Assembly (NCBI RefSeq): GCF_009914755.1
Contig: NC_060926.1
Length of the DNA: 64,000 bases
From: the human T2T-CHM13v2.0 reference genome, Homo sapiens
Direction: 5' to 3' (one strand)
A program made the position numbers and the translations under genes. The notes below the pieces were generated by a model. The model did not search any database. It was given only the letters and a program-made list of their open reading frames with translations, and was not told the origin of the DNA. Of the stretch, positions 14,479-30,961 are shown one piece after another (the first letter of the stretch is position 1; each line of letters starts with the position of its first letter).

Positions 14479-16441
14479 GTCCCAACTAGAGTTTTGAATT
14501 TTTTCAACTAGCATTTATGACCCTCTAATACAAAACTTTATGTAAATTTTTGCTTTTAGACATGTCATTTTCATTAATACCACTGTGATATAGACCTATT
14601 AACAGCAAAATGTGATGATGACAGTATTTAGAAAATAACTGTGGTGAGACAGCATTTCGTGGTTGACTTCATGATACTCCTTTCGTGTTGCATGCTTTGT
14701 CTCTGCCCACTCACGACCTCTCCAGAAAGCAGAACTTAGGAATCACAAGTATTAGAAAGGACAAGACATTTCTCATGATTTGCATTCTTTCCATTTTGTT
14801 CCATGCTGTCTTTCCTTCATTTATTATCTAATTCTTTAGACATTTCTCTCTGAATGGAACTGATTACACCTATAAATAAAGCATTGATAAAATGGCCTGA
14901 AGTTTTAAAAATATGATTTGACTTTTAAAATAAAACTGCTACCCTGCCAAGTGTCTCCTAGGTCCAATTATCATTTTGTTCTGTTTTGTTGCTTGACTTT
15001 TTTTTTGCACCAGTAACCAAGGATATTCTTACAGCCTGCATCTAAGTTGCATAGGCTCAGAAAATATTCAAGATGAGGAGATGATATTGGCATGCATGAG
15101 AATGTTGAGTTCTGGTTACTATTGTTTTAACATTGGCTCACTGTGAGTCATCATACTGAGCAATTTCACAGAAAAGACAAAGGTTTCTGAATAAATTTTC
15201 TGGGGAACACACAGGAGGTTACCTAGGAATTCAAGAGGAGACTAAAAATAGGAAAGAGGCAAAAGAGAACTCAGAGAAAAGTTTTATAAAATAAGGGCTG
15301 CGTGATCACATTTCTCTGAAACAAGGCTTAGAATGATAGGTGCTGGAAAAATCAAGTCTGTTCCAAAAATTAATATATCACAACATATAAAATATTGATA
15401 AAAATCCTTACTGGATAATGAAATTATTGCCAAGGAGCTAAAGATTAGAAGGGAAGATTTAACAGGATTTAGGAACTATACAAAGAATGGCAGAATTGTA
15501 CCACATTAACAGAATGAAGAACCAAAAAGTTATGATTCTCTTTAATGATGCAGAAAAAGTATTTGACATATTCTATAACTTTTCATGATTAAAAAGATAC
15601 TCAACAAACTAGGAATATAAGGAAACTACCTCAACATCATAAAGACAATATATGAAAAGCCCACAGCTAATGTCATATTCAGTGGTGAAAAACTGAAGCC
15701 TTTTTCCCCTGAGATCAGGAACAAGATAAGGATGACTACTCTTGCTACTTCTCTTCAGTAGTACTGGATGTCCTAGCCAGAGCAATTAGGCAAGAAAAAT
15801 AAACTAAAAGCACCCAAATTAAAAAGGGAGAATTAAAATTATCTCTATTCACAGATGGCATCATGTTACACATAGAAAACCCTAAAGATAATACCAAAAC
15901 TTATAACTTTTAGAACTAATAAACAAATTCAGCAGTTGCAGAAGGCAAAATCAACATACAAAAATCAGTTGCATTCCTATACACTAAATGAACAATCTGA
16001 AAAGGAAATTAAGTAAACAATTCCATTTACAATAGCATCAGAAAGAATAAAATACTTAGGAATAAATCTAAATAAAAAGGTGAAAGGTTTATACACTGGA
16101 AACTACAAAACATTAATGAAAGCAATCAAAGAAGACTTTCAAATAAATGAAATGACACCTCATGTCCGTGGATTGGAAGATTTAATATTGTTAAGATGTC
16201 TGTATTACCCAAAGAAATCTATATAGTTGGTGGAATTTCCACCAAAATCCAAATGGCAATTTTTGCAGAAATAGAACAAAAAATTCTAAAATGAAATCTC
16301 AAGAAACCTCAAATAGCCAAAACAATTTTTAAAATGAAGAACAAAGTTGTTGTGTTCACATTTCCTGATTTCAAAACATATTACAAAGCTACAGTAATCA
16401 AAACAGTGTAGTAATGGCATAATGACAGACATATAAACCAA

Positions 16442-16478
<37 letters not shown>
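16442..16478. repeat. (AAT)n microsatellite inside L1
   Basis: Directly visible. Confidence 0.95.
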
Positions 16479-17013
16479 GAATAAAGATCCCAGAAATAAG
16501 CACTTGCCTATATGGTTAAATGATCTTCTGCAAGGATGCCAAGACCACTCAACAAGGAAAGGTCAATCTCTTAAACAAATGGTGCTGGGACAACTGGATG
16601 TCTACACACAAAACAAGTAAGTTGGACCCTTATCTTATATCTTATACAAAATTAACTCAAAATGGAGGAAAGACCTAAACATAAGATCCAAAGCTAATAA
16701 AACTCCTAGAAGAGAACATAGAGGAAAATCTTCATGGCATCAGACTTGGCAATGATTTCTTGGATATGATGCTAACATCACAGACAACAAAAGCAAAAAT
16801 AGATAAATAGTATTTTATCCAAACTCAAACAAAAACTTTTATGCACCCAATAATACAATCAACAGAACAAAAAGGTAACATACAGAATGGGAGAAAATAT
16901 TTGCAAGTCATATATCTGATAATGGCTTAATACCCAGAATACATAAAGAACTCCTACAATTCAACAACAACAACAAAAAAAATTAAATAACCTGGTTAGA
17001 AATAGGCAAAGGA

Positions 17014-17670
17014 GAGGCTTTCGTGGAGGCAGCTAGCCTGAGTCTGGGGAGCACTGAGCTGCGCGTTGTGCCCTGCACTGCTCAGACTAGTGAGCAATAC
17101 GGTCAGGATGGCTAAAGGTGACCCCAAGAAACCAAAGGACAAGATGTCTGTATATGCCTTTTTTGTGCAGACGTGCAGAGAAGAACATAAGAAGAAAAAC
17201 CCAGAGGACCCTGTCAATTTTGCAACATATTCCAAGAAGTGCTCTGAGAGGTGGAAGACAATGTCCGTGCAAGAGAAATCTAAATTTGATGAAATGGTAG
17301 AGGCAGATAAAGTGCGCTGATTGGGAAATGAAGGATTGTGGACCAGCTAAGGGAGGCAAGAAGAAGAAGAATCCTAATGCCTTCCAAAGGCCACAGTCTG
17401 GATTCTTCCTGTTCTCTTCAGAATTCCGCCCCAAGATCAAATCCACAAACCCTGGCATCTCTATTGGAGACATGGCAAAAAAGCTAGGTGAGATGTGGAA
17501 TAACTTAAATGACAGTGAAAAGCAGCCTAGCTACATCACTAAGGCGGCAAAGCTGAAGGAGAAGTAGGAGAAGGATGTTGCTGACTATAAGTTGAAAGGA
17601 AAGTTTGATGGAGCAAAGGGTCCTGCTAAAGTTGCCCAGAAAAAGGTGAAAGAGGAAGATGAAGAAGACA

Positions 17671-17701
<31 letters not shown>

Positions 17702-18577
17702 GGAGGAGGAATAAAGAAACTGTTTATCTGTCTCCTTGTGAATAACTTAGAGTAGGGGAGCATCGTAATTGACACATCTCTTATTTGAGAAGTACCTGTT
17801 GCCCTCATTAGGTTTAATTACAAAATTTGATCACAATCATATTGTAGTTTCTCAAAGTGCTCTAGAAATTGTCAGTGGTTTCTGTCAAATGGCCATGGGT
17901 GTCTGGAGCACCCTGAAACTGTATCAAAGTTGTACATATTTCCAAACAGTTTTTAAATGAAAAGGCACTCTCGTGATCTCACTCTGTGCACTTTGCTGTT
18001 GGGGTGACAAGGCATTTAAAGATGTTTCTGGCATTTTTTTTTATTTATAAGGTGGGGTTAACTATATGGTTATTGGCTAGAAAACCTGAGTTATCAACTA
18101 TATATATCTATAGTTTGTGAAAAGAACAAAACAACCAAGACAAACTCTTGATGCTCCTTGCTCGGCATTGAGGCTGTGGGGAAGATGCCTTCTGGAGGGG
18201 CTGTAGCTCAGGGTGTGCACTGCGAGGCTGGACCTGTTGAGTCTGCAGTGGACATCCATTTAGCTTCAGGTTGTCTTGTTTCTGTATATAGTGACATAGC
18301 ATTCTGCTGCCATCTTAGCTGTGGACAAAGGGGGTCAACTGGCATGAGAAGTTTTACTTTGTTTTTGTTCTTAGTTGAGTGCATTAGTTTTTAAACTGTT
18401 TGTCTTTAAACAAATTGTAGAACTCTTCATTGTCAGCAAAGTGAAGAGCTACTGCATCAATGAAAGCTCAAGAACCTTCTGTACTTAAACACAATTTGTA
18501 ACGTTCTGGGTTTTTTTAGTATGTTTAGAATGCTGACATGTTTTTGAAGTTAAATAAATAATATTACATTAAAAAAA
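17014..18577 (+). pseudogene. HMGB3P: HMGB3 processed pseudogene (5'UTR, disabled CDS 17108-17714, 3'UTR, short polyA)
   Basis: Translation [31 protein letters not shown] / [25 protein letters not shown]..acidic tail matches HMGB3. It is intronless, has a 2-bp deletion giving TGA at 17318-17320 and a TAG at 17565-17567, AATAAA at 18553, and TSD aaata(g/a)gcaaagga at 17000-17013 and 18575-18588. The pseudogene number is not determinable. Confidence 0.95.
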
Positions 18578-20265
18578 TAAGCAAAGGACTTGAATACACG
18601 TTTCTGCAAAGATGATATACAAATGGCCAGCAAGCATACAAAAAGATGTTCAACATCGCTAATCATCAGAAAGATGTTCACCAAAACCACAATGAGATGT
18701 CACTTCACACCCATTAGGATGGCCACTACCAAAAAAAATGGAGGAGGAGAATAACAAGTATTGGGGAGGATATGGGGAAATTAAAAACTGTGTACACTGT
18801 CAGTGGGAATGTCAAAAGATACAGCTGCTATGAAAAATAGTATGGAGGTTCCTCAAAAAAGTTAAAAATACAATGAAATATCACTTCACACACGTTAGTA
18901 TAGTCACTACCAAACAAACAAACAAAGGAAAATAACAAATGTTGAGGAAGAATCACTGGGCACTATTGGTGAGGTTATAAAATGGTGCAACTGCTATAAA
19001 AAAAAAAAAACTACAGTAGTTCCTCAAAAAAATTAAAAATACAACCACCATATGACACAGCAATTCCACTTCTGGGTATATATCCAAAAGACTGAATTAA
19101 AAGCAGGATTTTAAGAGAGAGTTGCACACTCATGTTTATTGCACCATTATTCACAATAGCCAAGAGATGGAAGTATCCCAAATGTTCATCAAAAGATGAA
19201 TGACTAAAGAAAATATGGCATATACATATGATGAAATATTATCCAGCCTTAAAAAGAAGGAAATCCTGGCACATGCTACAACATGGGTGAACCTTGAAGA
19301 TATTATGCTAAGTAAAATAATCCAGTCACCAAAGGACAAATATTATATGACTCTACTTCTATGAGGTGCCTAGAGTAGTCAGATTCACAGGGACAGAACA
19401 TAGTACGGGGATTCCCAGCGGGAGAGAGGTTGTTGTTGTTCAATGGGTGCAGAGTTTCAGGTTTGCAAGACGACAAAGTTCTGGAGAGCTGTCTCACAAC
19501 AACGTGAATGTAATTAACAGTATGAAACTGTACGCTTAAAAATGACTAAGATGGTAAATTTTTTGTCATGTATTTTTTACCAAAATATTTTTTTTTAATT
19601 TTCGAATTTTGTTTTTATAAAAGATGGGTGGCAGTGGGAAGAAACCCAGAGCAAGTGAAAGTTCATTTGTGGCAGCAGGAAGGGGCCCAGAGGAACTAAG
19701 ATTTTGAGGCAGTAAGAAAAAAGGAAAACTTGTGTCCAGCAATGAAGAAGCACCATGATGGAACAAAGTCCCGGGAAGACTGGACCTCCTGCTGGGGACT
19801 AGCAATGCTCGAAGTGTGCTGGATGGAGGAACTGCTAGAAATGGCATGGGGATGTTTTTGTCCAAAAGCTCCAGTTTTCAATTTGAATAAATCAGTGAGA
19901 CCATACACAAAAGCTGAGCCTTGGCTTCCCTCCATCCCTTCTCCCAGTTTGGAAGAAAAACAACCTGAGTGTGCACTGAAGTGCTATGTCAGATCCCAAA
20001 GCAATGGAAGAGGTCCTCTGATTGGTACCAATCCATGACAAAATTTGAGTCATTCATTCATTCAACAAACCTTTCATCCATGCCAGGCACTGCCCTCAGT
20101 GCTGGTGTAGGGGTTGGTTGGAAGACTCTCTTCCCCCATGGGACTTGCATCTTAGAGGCACCCATCAGGTGGGCTCCATTCTGTCACACATTTCTGCTGT
20201 GCAGGTACACACTGGTTGAGTATCTCTCTCTCCTTGCTTTTCTGTACCTTTAAAGAACTGGAAAA

Positions 20266-20571
<306 letters not shown>

Positions 20572-21195
20572 TCATCCTTTAATGACCATTCACTCTTGGC
20601 TATAAAAAGCCAGTGTTTGTACAGCTGTGGGCAAAGAAGTCCAAGTCTCAAATGACTGGGGATGCTGTGGAATTCTAAGCAGAGGCTTAGCCCATAAGAG
20701 AGAGGAGAAGGGCTGGAACTTCAGGCATCACTTAGGACTTGGTCAGCCAAGTATGAGTTGTAATCAAGAAACAGAGATCACACGAGGGCAAACAGAAGAG
20801 CCTGTCAGTGAAGAAAGACATGAAAGAAACAGCAAAAGAAAAAAAATCTTTCAGATTATTTGCAGCATCACCGTATCTCCTGTGGACCTGGTGGGCAGCT
20901 AGCTGGACCTGGGCAGATCACCATGGCAGGAAGCCTTGCCCTTGAGGAGAGCCAAAGAGTTTGTAGTGCTCTTGAGACTTTTACAGTTAGACTTACAAAG
21001 CCTTCTCCATTTCTGGTCTACTAGTCATCAAATCACCTCAATGAAATGCAGGAAGAAAATATTAGAACTTCTATATATATTTTTTAAATCTCACCTTTTT
21101 GAGTTTTTACCTTTGGTATATTTTATAACATATATAATCTACTAATACAATAGAGAGTGCACAACTTATAAATATATAAATACATAATGTATATA

Positions 21196-22619
<1,424 letters not shown>

Positions 22620-22649
22620 CTATATTAATGTTGAAAATTCTACCTCCTT

Positions 22650-23500
22650 TGCAATGGCTTCTTTGAGATCCATTGTATGGATATACCACTACTTGTTTTA
22701 TCAAACCCACTGATAAACATTGAGATGTTTTCCAGGTTCTCACTGCAGCGAAAAACACCTTTATGTTAGTTTTCTGTAGGTTAAATGTCCAGAATGTGAA
22801 GCTGTGTGGTCAAAAGTCAAGTACATTTCAAAATGTGATCTCTACTGCCAGATTTCCCTCCAAAAATATTGAATCCAATAATGTTGAAAAAAAAAAAAAG
22901 CCCCTTTCTCCATATCCTTGCCCTCACTGGGGATTCTCAATTTTTTTTTTATCATGTCAGTCAAGTCAACAACAATAAAAATGACATCATGTTTAAATTT
23001 ACAGTACATTTGCATCAGTTATTTCCTAGATTGAATGTTTATAGTATCATGCTTACTGCTCATTTGCAGTAACTGCATTATCGCCAGTTTCCACATTTCC
23101 CCCTTAGTTTGCACTCTTCAGAGTCTCATTCACTGAAAAGAGGTTTTTACTGTTGAAGACATTAACTCTTTGCCTACAACATCAACCAAAAAATACTTTT
23201 CCCAGGTTCATTTTGTTCTCTTTTAAGTTTTACTTATAGTGCTTTTGCCATACAAAAGTTTTACATTTCAAGAAATTGTATCAAATTGTAGCCATGTTAA
23301 CAAAATTTTTGCTTTTTATTGTCTTTTTTGTCAAACTTAAAAGCATCTCTTTATACAAGATTATTAAAATAGTCATCAGTATTTTGTTCTGGTGTATTCA
23401 CAGTTTCGTTTTTAAACATTTACGTATTTTATTCCTCTGAAATTTATTTTGAAGGAGTAGAGTAATCCATATCTTCTCAAATGGTCAGAAACACCACCTC
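22650..23500 (-). mobile_element. Old L1 (L1ME-like) fragment
   Basis: Reverse-oriented L1 3' motifs (tccattgtatggatataccac, gttttccagg, ctactgccagatttccctcca). Confidence 0.6.
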
Positions 23501-23979
23501 TGTCCTATGTTCCTGTGTGTTTCCCAGCCTTCCCGTCGTTTCTATGACCTGCCTGCCTCAGCACTGGCACCAAATTCTCTCACTTTTATTGGTCCATGAC
23601 ATACTGTACTATCTCATAGGGCAAATCTTCCCCAACCACTCTTTCTTCTTCAAAATTTGTGTAGCATTTCTATCATATGTACTCATCCAGCTGAAGCTTA
23701 AAATTATATCGTGATACAAAATAAATGTTTTTGAAACTTTAGAACTTCCACACTTTCATAATAAAGTTCCCCAAAAAATATTATTTATGACAGGGATCAG
23801 CAAACTTTTTCTGTAAACGCCCAGACAGTGAATATTTTAGTCTTTCTTTGCAGGCTGTTATGATTTGTGCCACAACTACCCAACTCAGCCATTGAAGTGC
23901 AAAGGCAGCCATAAATAGCATGTAAGTTAATGAGCATGTCTATATCAAAAAAACTTTATCTACAAAAATAGGGAGAGGT

Positions 23980-24385
23980 TCAATGGCATATTACTCAGCC
24001 ACAAAAAGAAAATAAAGTACTGATACATAATATTATGTTGGTGCAAAACCTGCAATTACTTTTTCACCAAGCTAGTATGGTGTGAATGAACCTCAAAAAC
24101 ATTATGTGGAGTGAAAGAGGCCAGATACAAAAGGCCACATGTTGTATGGTTCCATTTATATAAAATATATAGAATTGGTAAATACATACAGATAGAAAGC
24201 AGGTTAGTGATTGCCACTGGCTAGAGAGAAGGGAGAATAAGGAGTAATTACTTACTAGGTATTATACAAAATAATTTTCTGGGAGAGGTGATGGTTACAT
24301 ATCATTGTGAATGTACTACTGACTTGTATACTTTAAAATGGTTAATTTTATGTTATATAAAATTCATTTCAATTAAAATAAAAAA
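23980..24385 (+). mobile_element. L1MB 3'-end fragment nested in MER58A
   Basis: tattactcagccacaaaaag..gaatgaacctcaaaaacattatg..ctttaaaatggttaattttatg. Confidence 0.8.
24033..24075. mobile_element. Internally deleted MADE1 (Hsmar1-derived MITE)
   Basis: ttatgttggtgcaaaa ... gcaattactttttcaccaagctag resembles both Hsmar1 terminal inverted repeats and is flanked by TA. Confidence 0.75.
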
Positions 24386-24634
24386 GCAGACGGCTGAATG
24401 TGGCCCATGGGCCTTACTTTGTCAACGTTGATTTATAGGATAAACAAAATAATAGAATTTAAAAAAGGAAAAGTTTCATAAAGAAGGAACTTGCATTTGC
24501 AACATAATCTTGATAATCATGTTTTTTTCTAATTTTTGTCCCATGGAAAATGAAGCCTACCCAAAAAGGAGTTGACAGAAAGTTCCAGGGGAGAGTAGAG
24601 GTAGACACAGTTAAATACAAACACCAGGGTGGAT

Positions 24635-25205
24635 TTGTTAGGATAGGATAGACTAAGTAACAAATAAACCCCCATGCTTTGGTGGCTCAGCACAACAGAA
24701 AGTTAGTTCTTGTTCATCTAAGAGTCGTGTAGAGGTATTCAAGTTGGTAGGGCAGTTCTCCACCATGTGGTCATTCAGGAACCCAAATCCTTCCATTTGA
24801 TAACTACACCATTCTCTAGGACTAGGCTATTTCTTCACAAACTTTAATGTGCATCTTTTTTAAATGAAGATAATGACTCAGTAGGTCTGGGTGGGACCCG
24901 AGAGGGTGCATCTCTAACACACTCCTGGGTGATGTGGATGCCTCCGGTCTGGGGACCATACCTGAAGTAACAAGATGACAAAGACATTATTGCCAGCTGC
25001 ATTCTAACAGCAGCAAAGATAGCAGGAGGACATACCGGCTCTTCTATAAGGCTCATCCTTGAAATGCATGCTGCATTTACCTTTACATTCTGTTGGCCAA
25101 TCTGCATGATGCCACCTAATAACAAAGCAGGCTGAGCAACATATCCGACAACAGTTCTTTAGTGTGGAAAGAGAAAACTAACTATGGTAAACAGTTAGCA
25201 GTCTC
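24635..25205 (-). mobile_element. Old MLT1 LTR containing a MER5 fragment (~24845-24970)
   Basis: gtaacaaataaacccc..gtggctcagcacaacagaaag; MER5 motif cagtaggtctgggtgggaccc..ggtctggggaccatac. Confidence 0.5.
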
Positions 25206-25207
25206 TA

Positions 25208-25567
<360 letters not shown>

Positions 25568-26025
25568 CTAGTGCTTCCTATCAAAATACAATGGGTTTTT
25601 TGAGTTACAGGATCTTAGAGAAGTGCCAATCAGACCCCTGGCTGTATCAAAAGAACTGAAAATTACATGGTGGAGGAGACACAAACTACAACGAACTAAG
25701 GGCTTTAAAATATTTTGTTTTGTTTTGTTTTTTCAAAGAAAAATTGGTTTAGGCAATAACTTAAACAAAAGAGGGTAAATTGATCCACAAGTAAAGGCTT
25801 TTAAAATGTGTACATTAAAAGAAAGATCTCAAAACAAAAATGATGAGTAAATAGTAACTGAGTCTCAGAGAGGAAACTGAATAAAAATTTATCCAAGGTT
25901 TTTCTGGGCAGAGCCCAAGGGATATCAGTCAGACAGCCAAATTGGCAGGGCAAATGTATCCTGGGAGGGCATGAGTTTTCACCTGTGATAAAAGAAATGC
26001 ATGTTGGACTCAAAAAGATCCCCTG

Positions 26026-27660
<1,635 letters not shown>

Positions 27661-27669
27661 GAAGAAAGA

Positions 27670-27990
27670 GGTTGGGTGTGGTGGCTCACACCTACAATCC
27701 CAGCACTTTGGGAGGCCAAGGCAGAAGGATCACTCAAGGCCAGAAATTTGAGACCAGCCTGGGGAAAATAGTAAGACCTCATCTCTACAAAAAAGAAATA
27801 AATTATCTGGGCGTGGTGACATGCACCTGTAGTCTCAGCTACTCCAGAGGATGAGGTGGGCAGATTGCTTGAGCCCAGGAGTTGAAGGCTGCAATGAGCT
27901 ATGATTGCACTCCAGCCTGAGTGACAAAGTGAAACCCTGACTCAAAAAAAAAAAAAAAAAAAAAGAAAGAAAGAAAAAGAAAAAGAAGAA
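27670..27990 (+). mobile_element. AluJ
   Basis: Diverged Alu immediately after the L1 3' end. Confidence 0.9.
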
Positions 27991-28314
27991 ACTCTTCAGG
28001 TCTTGGTGGATGAAAAATCTCTCCTAAATCTCGATCATGAATATAAAGTGGACAAAAGAACTTAGGCAGGTACTAGAGCCAGATCTGTGTCCTTGAAAAG
28101 GAAAGGCCACAACCCACATTCACTGCTGTGTTGCCTGAGGCCAGAACTGGGGTCTAACGCAGAGATAGAACAAGTCAACCAAGGTCCCCAGTCAATGAAA
28201 GGACTGAAGAGCAGGGCACAAGGTAGTGGGAAAGAATCTTCGGGAGAAAAGAAAATATAGCAGGGATTACAAAGAAGAAAACTTCTCTCACCTCTCTGGG
28301 GAGCAGCAATGGTG

Positions 28315-28495
28315 ATGGGTTCTCAGCTCCCTACCCCTGCCCACCCTAATCACCAGGGGAGCTCCTGAAACTGCTGCCCAGGCCACAACCCAGAGCAAAT
28401 CAATCAGCCTCTCTGCCAGTGGGGCCCAGGCTTCAGTATTTGTTAAGGCTGCCTGGTGATTATTATGTTCAGTTACAGTTGCAACCCACCGTGCT
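28315..28495. mobile_element. MER5-type MITE
   Basis: ggttctca..aatcaccaggggagct..ggtgatt..gttgcaacccac. Confidence 0.6.
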
Positions 28496-28719
28496 GAGGA
28501 TGGAGATGGATTTATTTTGATGGGAATAAAACATAAGCATCATGTCAGGGTCCCTCACTTGCATGGGTCCCAGGAGTGCTAGCGATTGCCAGGGGTTGGG
28601 GCAGCCAGCGTGTGAGCAGGATGTGTCTTTATACATGTGGCTCAGGCCAACTGCTCACTGAGAGCTCTGGAGCAAGGCCTTGGTCTTTGGGGCTCCAGTA
28701 ACATGGTGTCAACTTTCAT

Positions 28720-28840
28720 TTCATTTTTTATAAATATTCTTTCTCATCTAATTCCGTATTTGGAGTTTTGTATTCTTCTTCATAAAGAAGACCCTCAAAA
28801 CTATCAGGTTCATGCCTCACAAAACCTGGCTCTCCCTTGG
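28720..28840. mobile_element. MER91-like fragment
   Basis: ttcttcataaagaagaccc..cctcacaaaacctgg. Confidence 0.45.
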
Positions 28841-28869
28841 GCAAAAGAGCTATCATTTTGAGCTCTGTG

Positions 28870-30199
28870 AGGGGCTGGGGGTTACAAGAAACTCATGAGG
28901 CATGATGCCTCCAGAGAGGGCTAACCCTCATACAGTGAAGTAAAACTCAAGCTTTCATTCACCCTACACATCACAGTGTCCACAAGACCTCCACAATCTT
29001 GCTCTCTTGGGATAAGTAAGCTAGGTTGAAAGGGCTTTTCTTTCCTTGGTCCTGTGATGTACTAAGAACAGCACCTCTCCTAGGTCAAAGTGGGTGTCAA
29101 CAGGAGAAGAAGAGGGCTGGCATCCATGCAGATGTCCCTCCTGCTCACTGCTGGGAGAGCTTGCTGGGGTCCACCCCTGAGAAGGGCTCTGTGAAGGCTG
29201 TGGCAGGAGCCCCCAAGGAGCCCTTGGGATGATTTACAGAAACAAGGGTGAAAAGCATCCTGTCCTCAGTAGCAGCAAAGAAGAGAAATGGGTTTCATGG
29301 TTCATATTGAAAGTTACTCCCAAATAAAACTCAGGCTCCAGGCCTATGGTGGCTTCTGAAACTTCGCTGTTTGATGGGATCACCAGGGATTTTTTTAAAA
29401 ATCCCAATGCCAGGCTCCCACCTTGACATTCTGACTTCATTTGTATACGGTGTGACCTGGGCATCAGGATTTTTTAAGCTGCCTGGATGATTCTAATGTG
29501 CAGGCAAGTTAGGAAATCAGTGGTATGCAAACAAGGTGATGAGCATCCCAACTTCTTCCTTGGGCCAGACAAGTCCATGGAAGCAATTCCAGTGGCTCTT
29601 AGCCCTGGCTGCACATGGGAGTCACCTGGGGAACAGTCAACATGACCAATGCCTGTCCCGGCCCCAGGTATAGCCTGGACACAGGGATTTTTGAAGCTTC
29701 CCAGGTGAACCAAAGGGCAGCTAAGCTGAGTGCCCTGCACAAAACACTATTCCCAAACATTCCTAAAACACAAATCTGCTGGAGCTCTTTTAAAAGAGAG
29801 AGAAAGGCCTGAAGGGATTGATTCCTAGTGTTCATCCCAGACCTACCGACTCAGGGAAGAGGGAACTTCATAAGGCCCAAATTATTCTTATCAGTAAAGG
29901 TTGGGAAGCCCTGTGCTAAAAATAGTCTACGCTCAAAAAGCAAACATTTCCATTAGTGTGTACGTGTCTGTGAGACAGAAAGAGAGAGAGAAGAGAGCGA
30001 GAAAGAACTGCCTCTGTGCTCACACTTGGTAGGGGCCAGGGATTACAAGAGACACATAAGGCAAGATGCCTCCAAAGAGGGCTGACCCTCATACAGCAAA
30101 ATAAAAACTCAAGCTCTCATTCACCCTACACACTGCAGCATCCACAGGGCCTTCGCCTTCTTGCTCTCCTGTGGCCCAGCTAGGTTGGAAGGGCTTTTC
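28870..30199 (+). repeat. ~170-bp dispersed direct repeat (28870-29040 and 30031-30199)
   Basis: Shared blocks gatgcctcca.agagggct.accctcatacag, aaactcaagct.tcattcaccctacaca and agctaggttg.aagggcttttc. Confidence 0.88.
29345..29912. mobile_element. Cluster of hAT MITEs (two MER5-type, one MER117-like)
   Basis: gatgattctaatgtgcag; gagtcacctgggga; ttcttatcagtaaaggttgggaagccctg. Confidence 0.6.
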
Positions 30200-30819
30200 C
30201 GACTGCAGAGCTCAGAGCGTGTAATTGACTTGCATTCACTCCCTTAGTTAGTGGGCCAGCCAGAATCACACCCCTGTACTTCACCTCCAGGACCAGTGCT
30301 CCCTCCACAAAACTGTGATGTTTCAAGCCACAGTCACTATATGGGACCTGGGCTCCCCTAAAATATTTTGCCATAGTTGAAATAAACATCAAAGAGAAAC
30401 TTGATGTTCTCTTTGGGGAAAACAAGCATGCACATACAAAGGCTTGAGAGCTGGGGGCTCTTGGTGATGGTCTGAAGTCAGCCTCAGGGCAGAGATGCAG
30501 TGGACCCACCATTCTCCCCACCAGCCACTCCCCAGCAGCACTCTGACTGCTGTCCTCCCAACAGCACAGGGCCCAGTGAGGCAAGGGGCCAGTTCAGTAG
30601 CCAGAAGCTTCTGATCCAATCAAAAATAAAACAGAAGGCTGCGGATGGCATCTGACCCCGGGATCAGTACTCCTGGCTCACCCCTCTCTCAGAACACACT
30701 CTTGCATTCATTTATGCAAACACAGGGTACCTGTGCACTCTGAGCTGGGCTGTGCTGGGGGACCCTCAGTAAGCAAAACAGGCCAATCATGGGGCTTCAC
30801 TTAGCTTATAGTCTGAAGC

Positions 30820-30961
30820 CCGGTTTCTCCAGCCTTGCTACACTACCTGAGAGCTGTTGGAAAGGCAGGATCCAGGCCCCACGCCATACTTACTGAACCA
30901 GAATCTGCATTTTAACACAGCTCCAGGAGATCTGAATGCACATTAAAGTTAGGGAGCAGTG
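30820..30961. mobile_element. MER5A1-like MITE
   Basis: gaatctgcattttaaca..gcacattaaagtt. Confidence 0.7.

Larger units (their letters stand above)
15495..19590 (+). mobile_element. 5'-truncated L1 (L1MB-like; ORF2 remnant plus 3'UTR), interrupted by HMGB3P
   Basis: ORF2-like motifs (gatgcagaaaaagtatttgac, caaaaatcagttgcattccta, acagaatgggagaaaatatttgca) and an L1MB-type 3' end (cttaaaaatgactaagatggtaaatt). Confidence 0.9.
23790..24432 (+). mobile_element. MER58A (hAT-Charlie), split by an L1 fragment
   Basis: cagggatcagcaaactttttctgtaa..aaggcagccata..aaactttatctacaaaa, resuming at gtggcccatgggcc..tttgtcaac. Confidence 0.75.

Noticed and set aside
17066-17714. Functional HMGB3 or HMGB1/2 gene
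   Set aside because: It is intronless with a frameshift, a premature stop, a polyA tail and a TSD. The peptide matches HMGB3 rather than HMGB1 or HMGB2.
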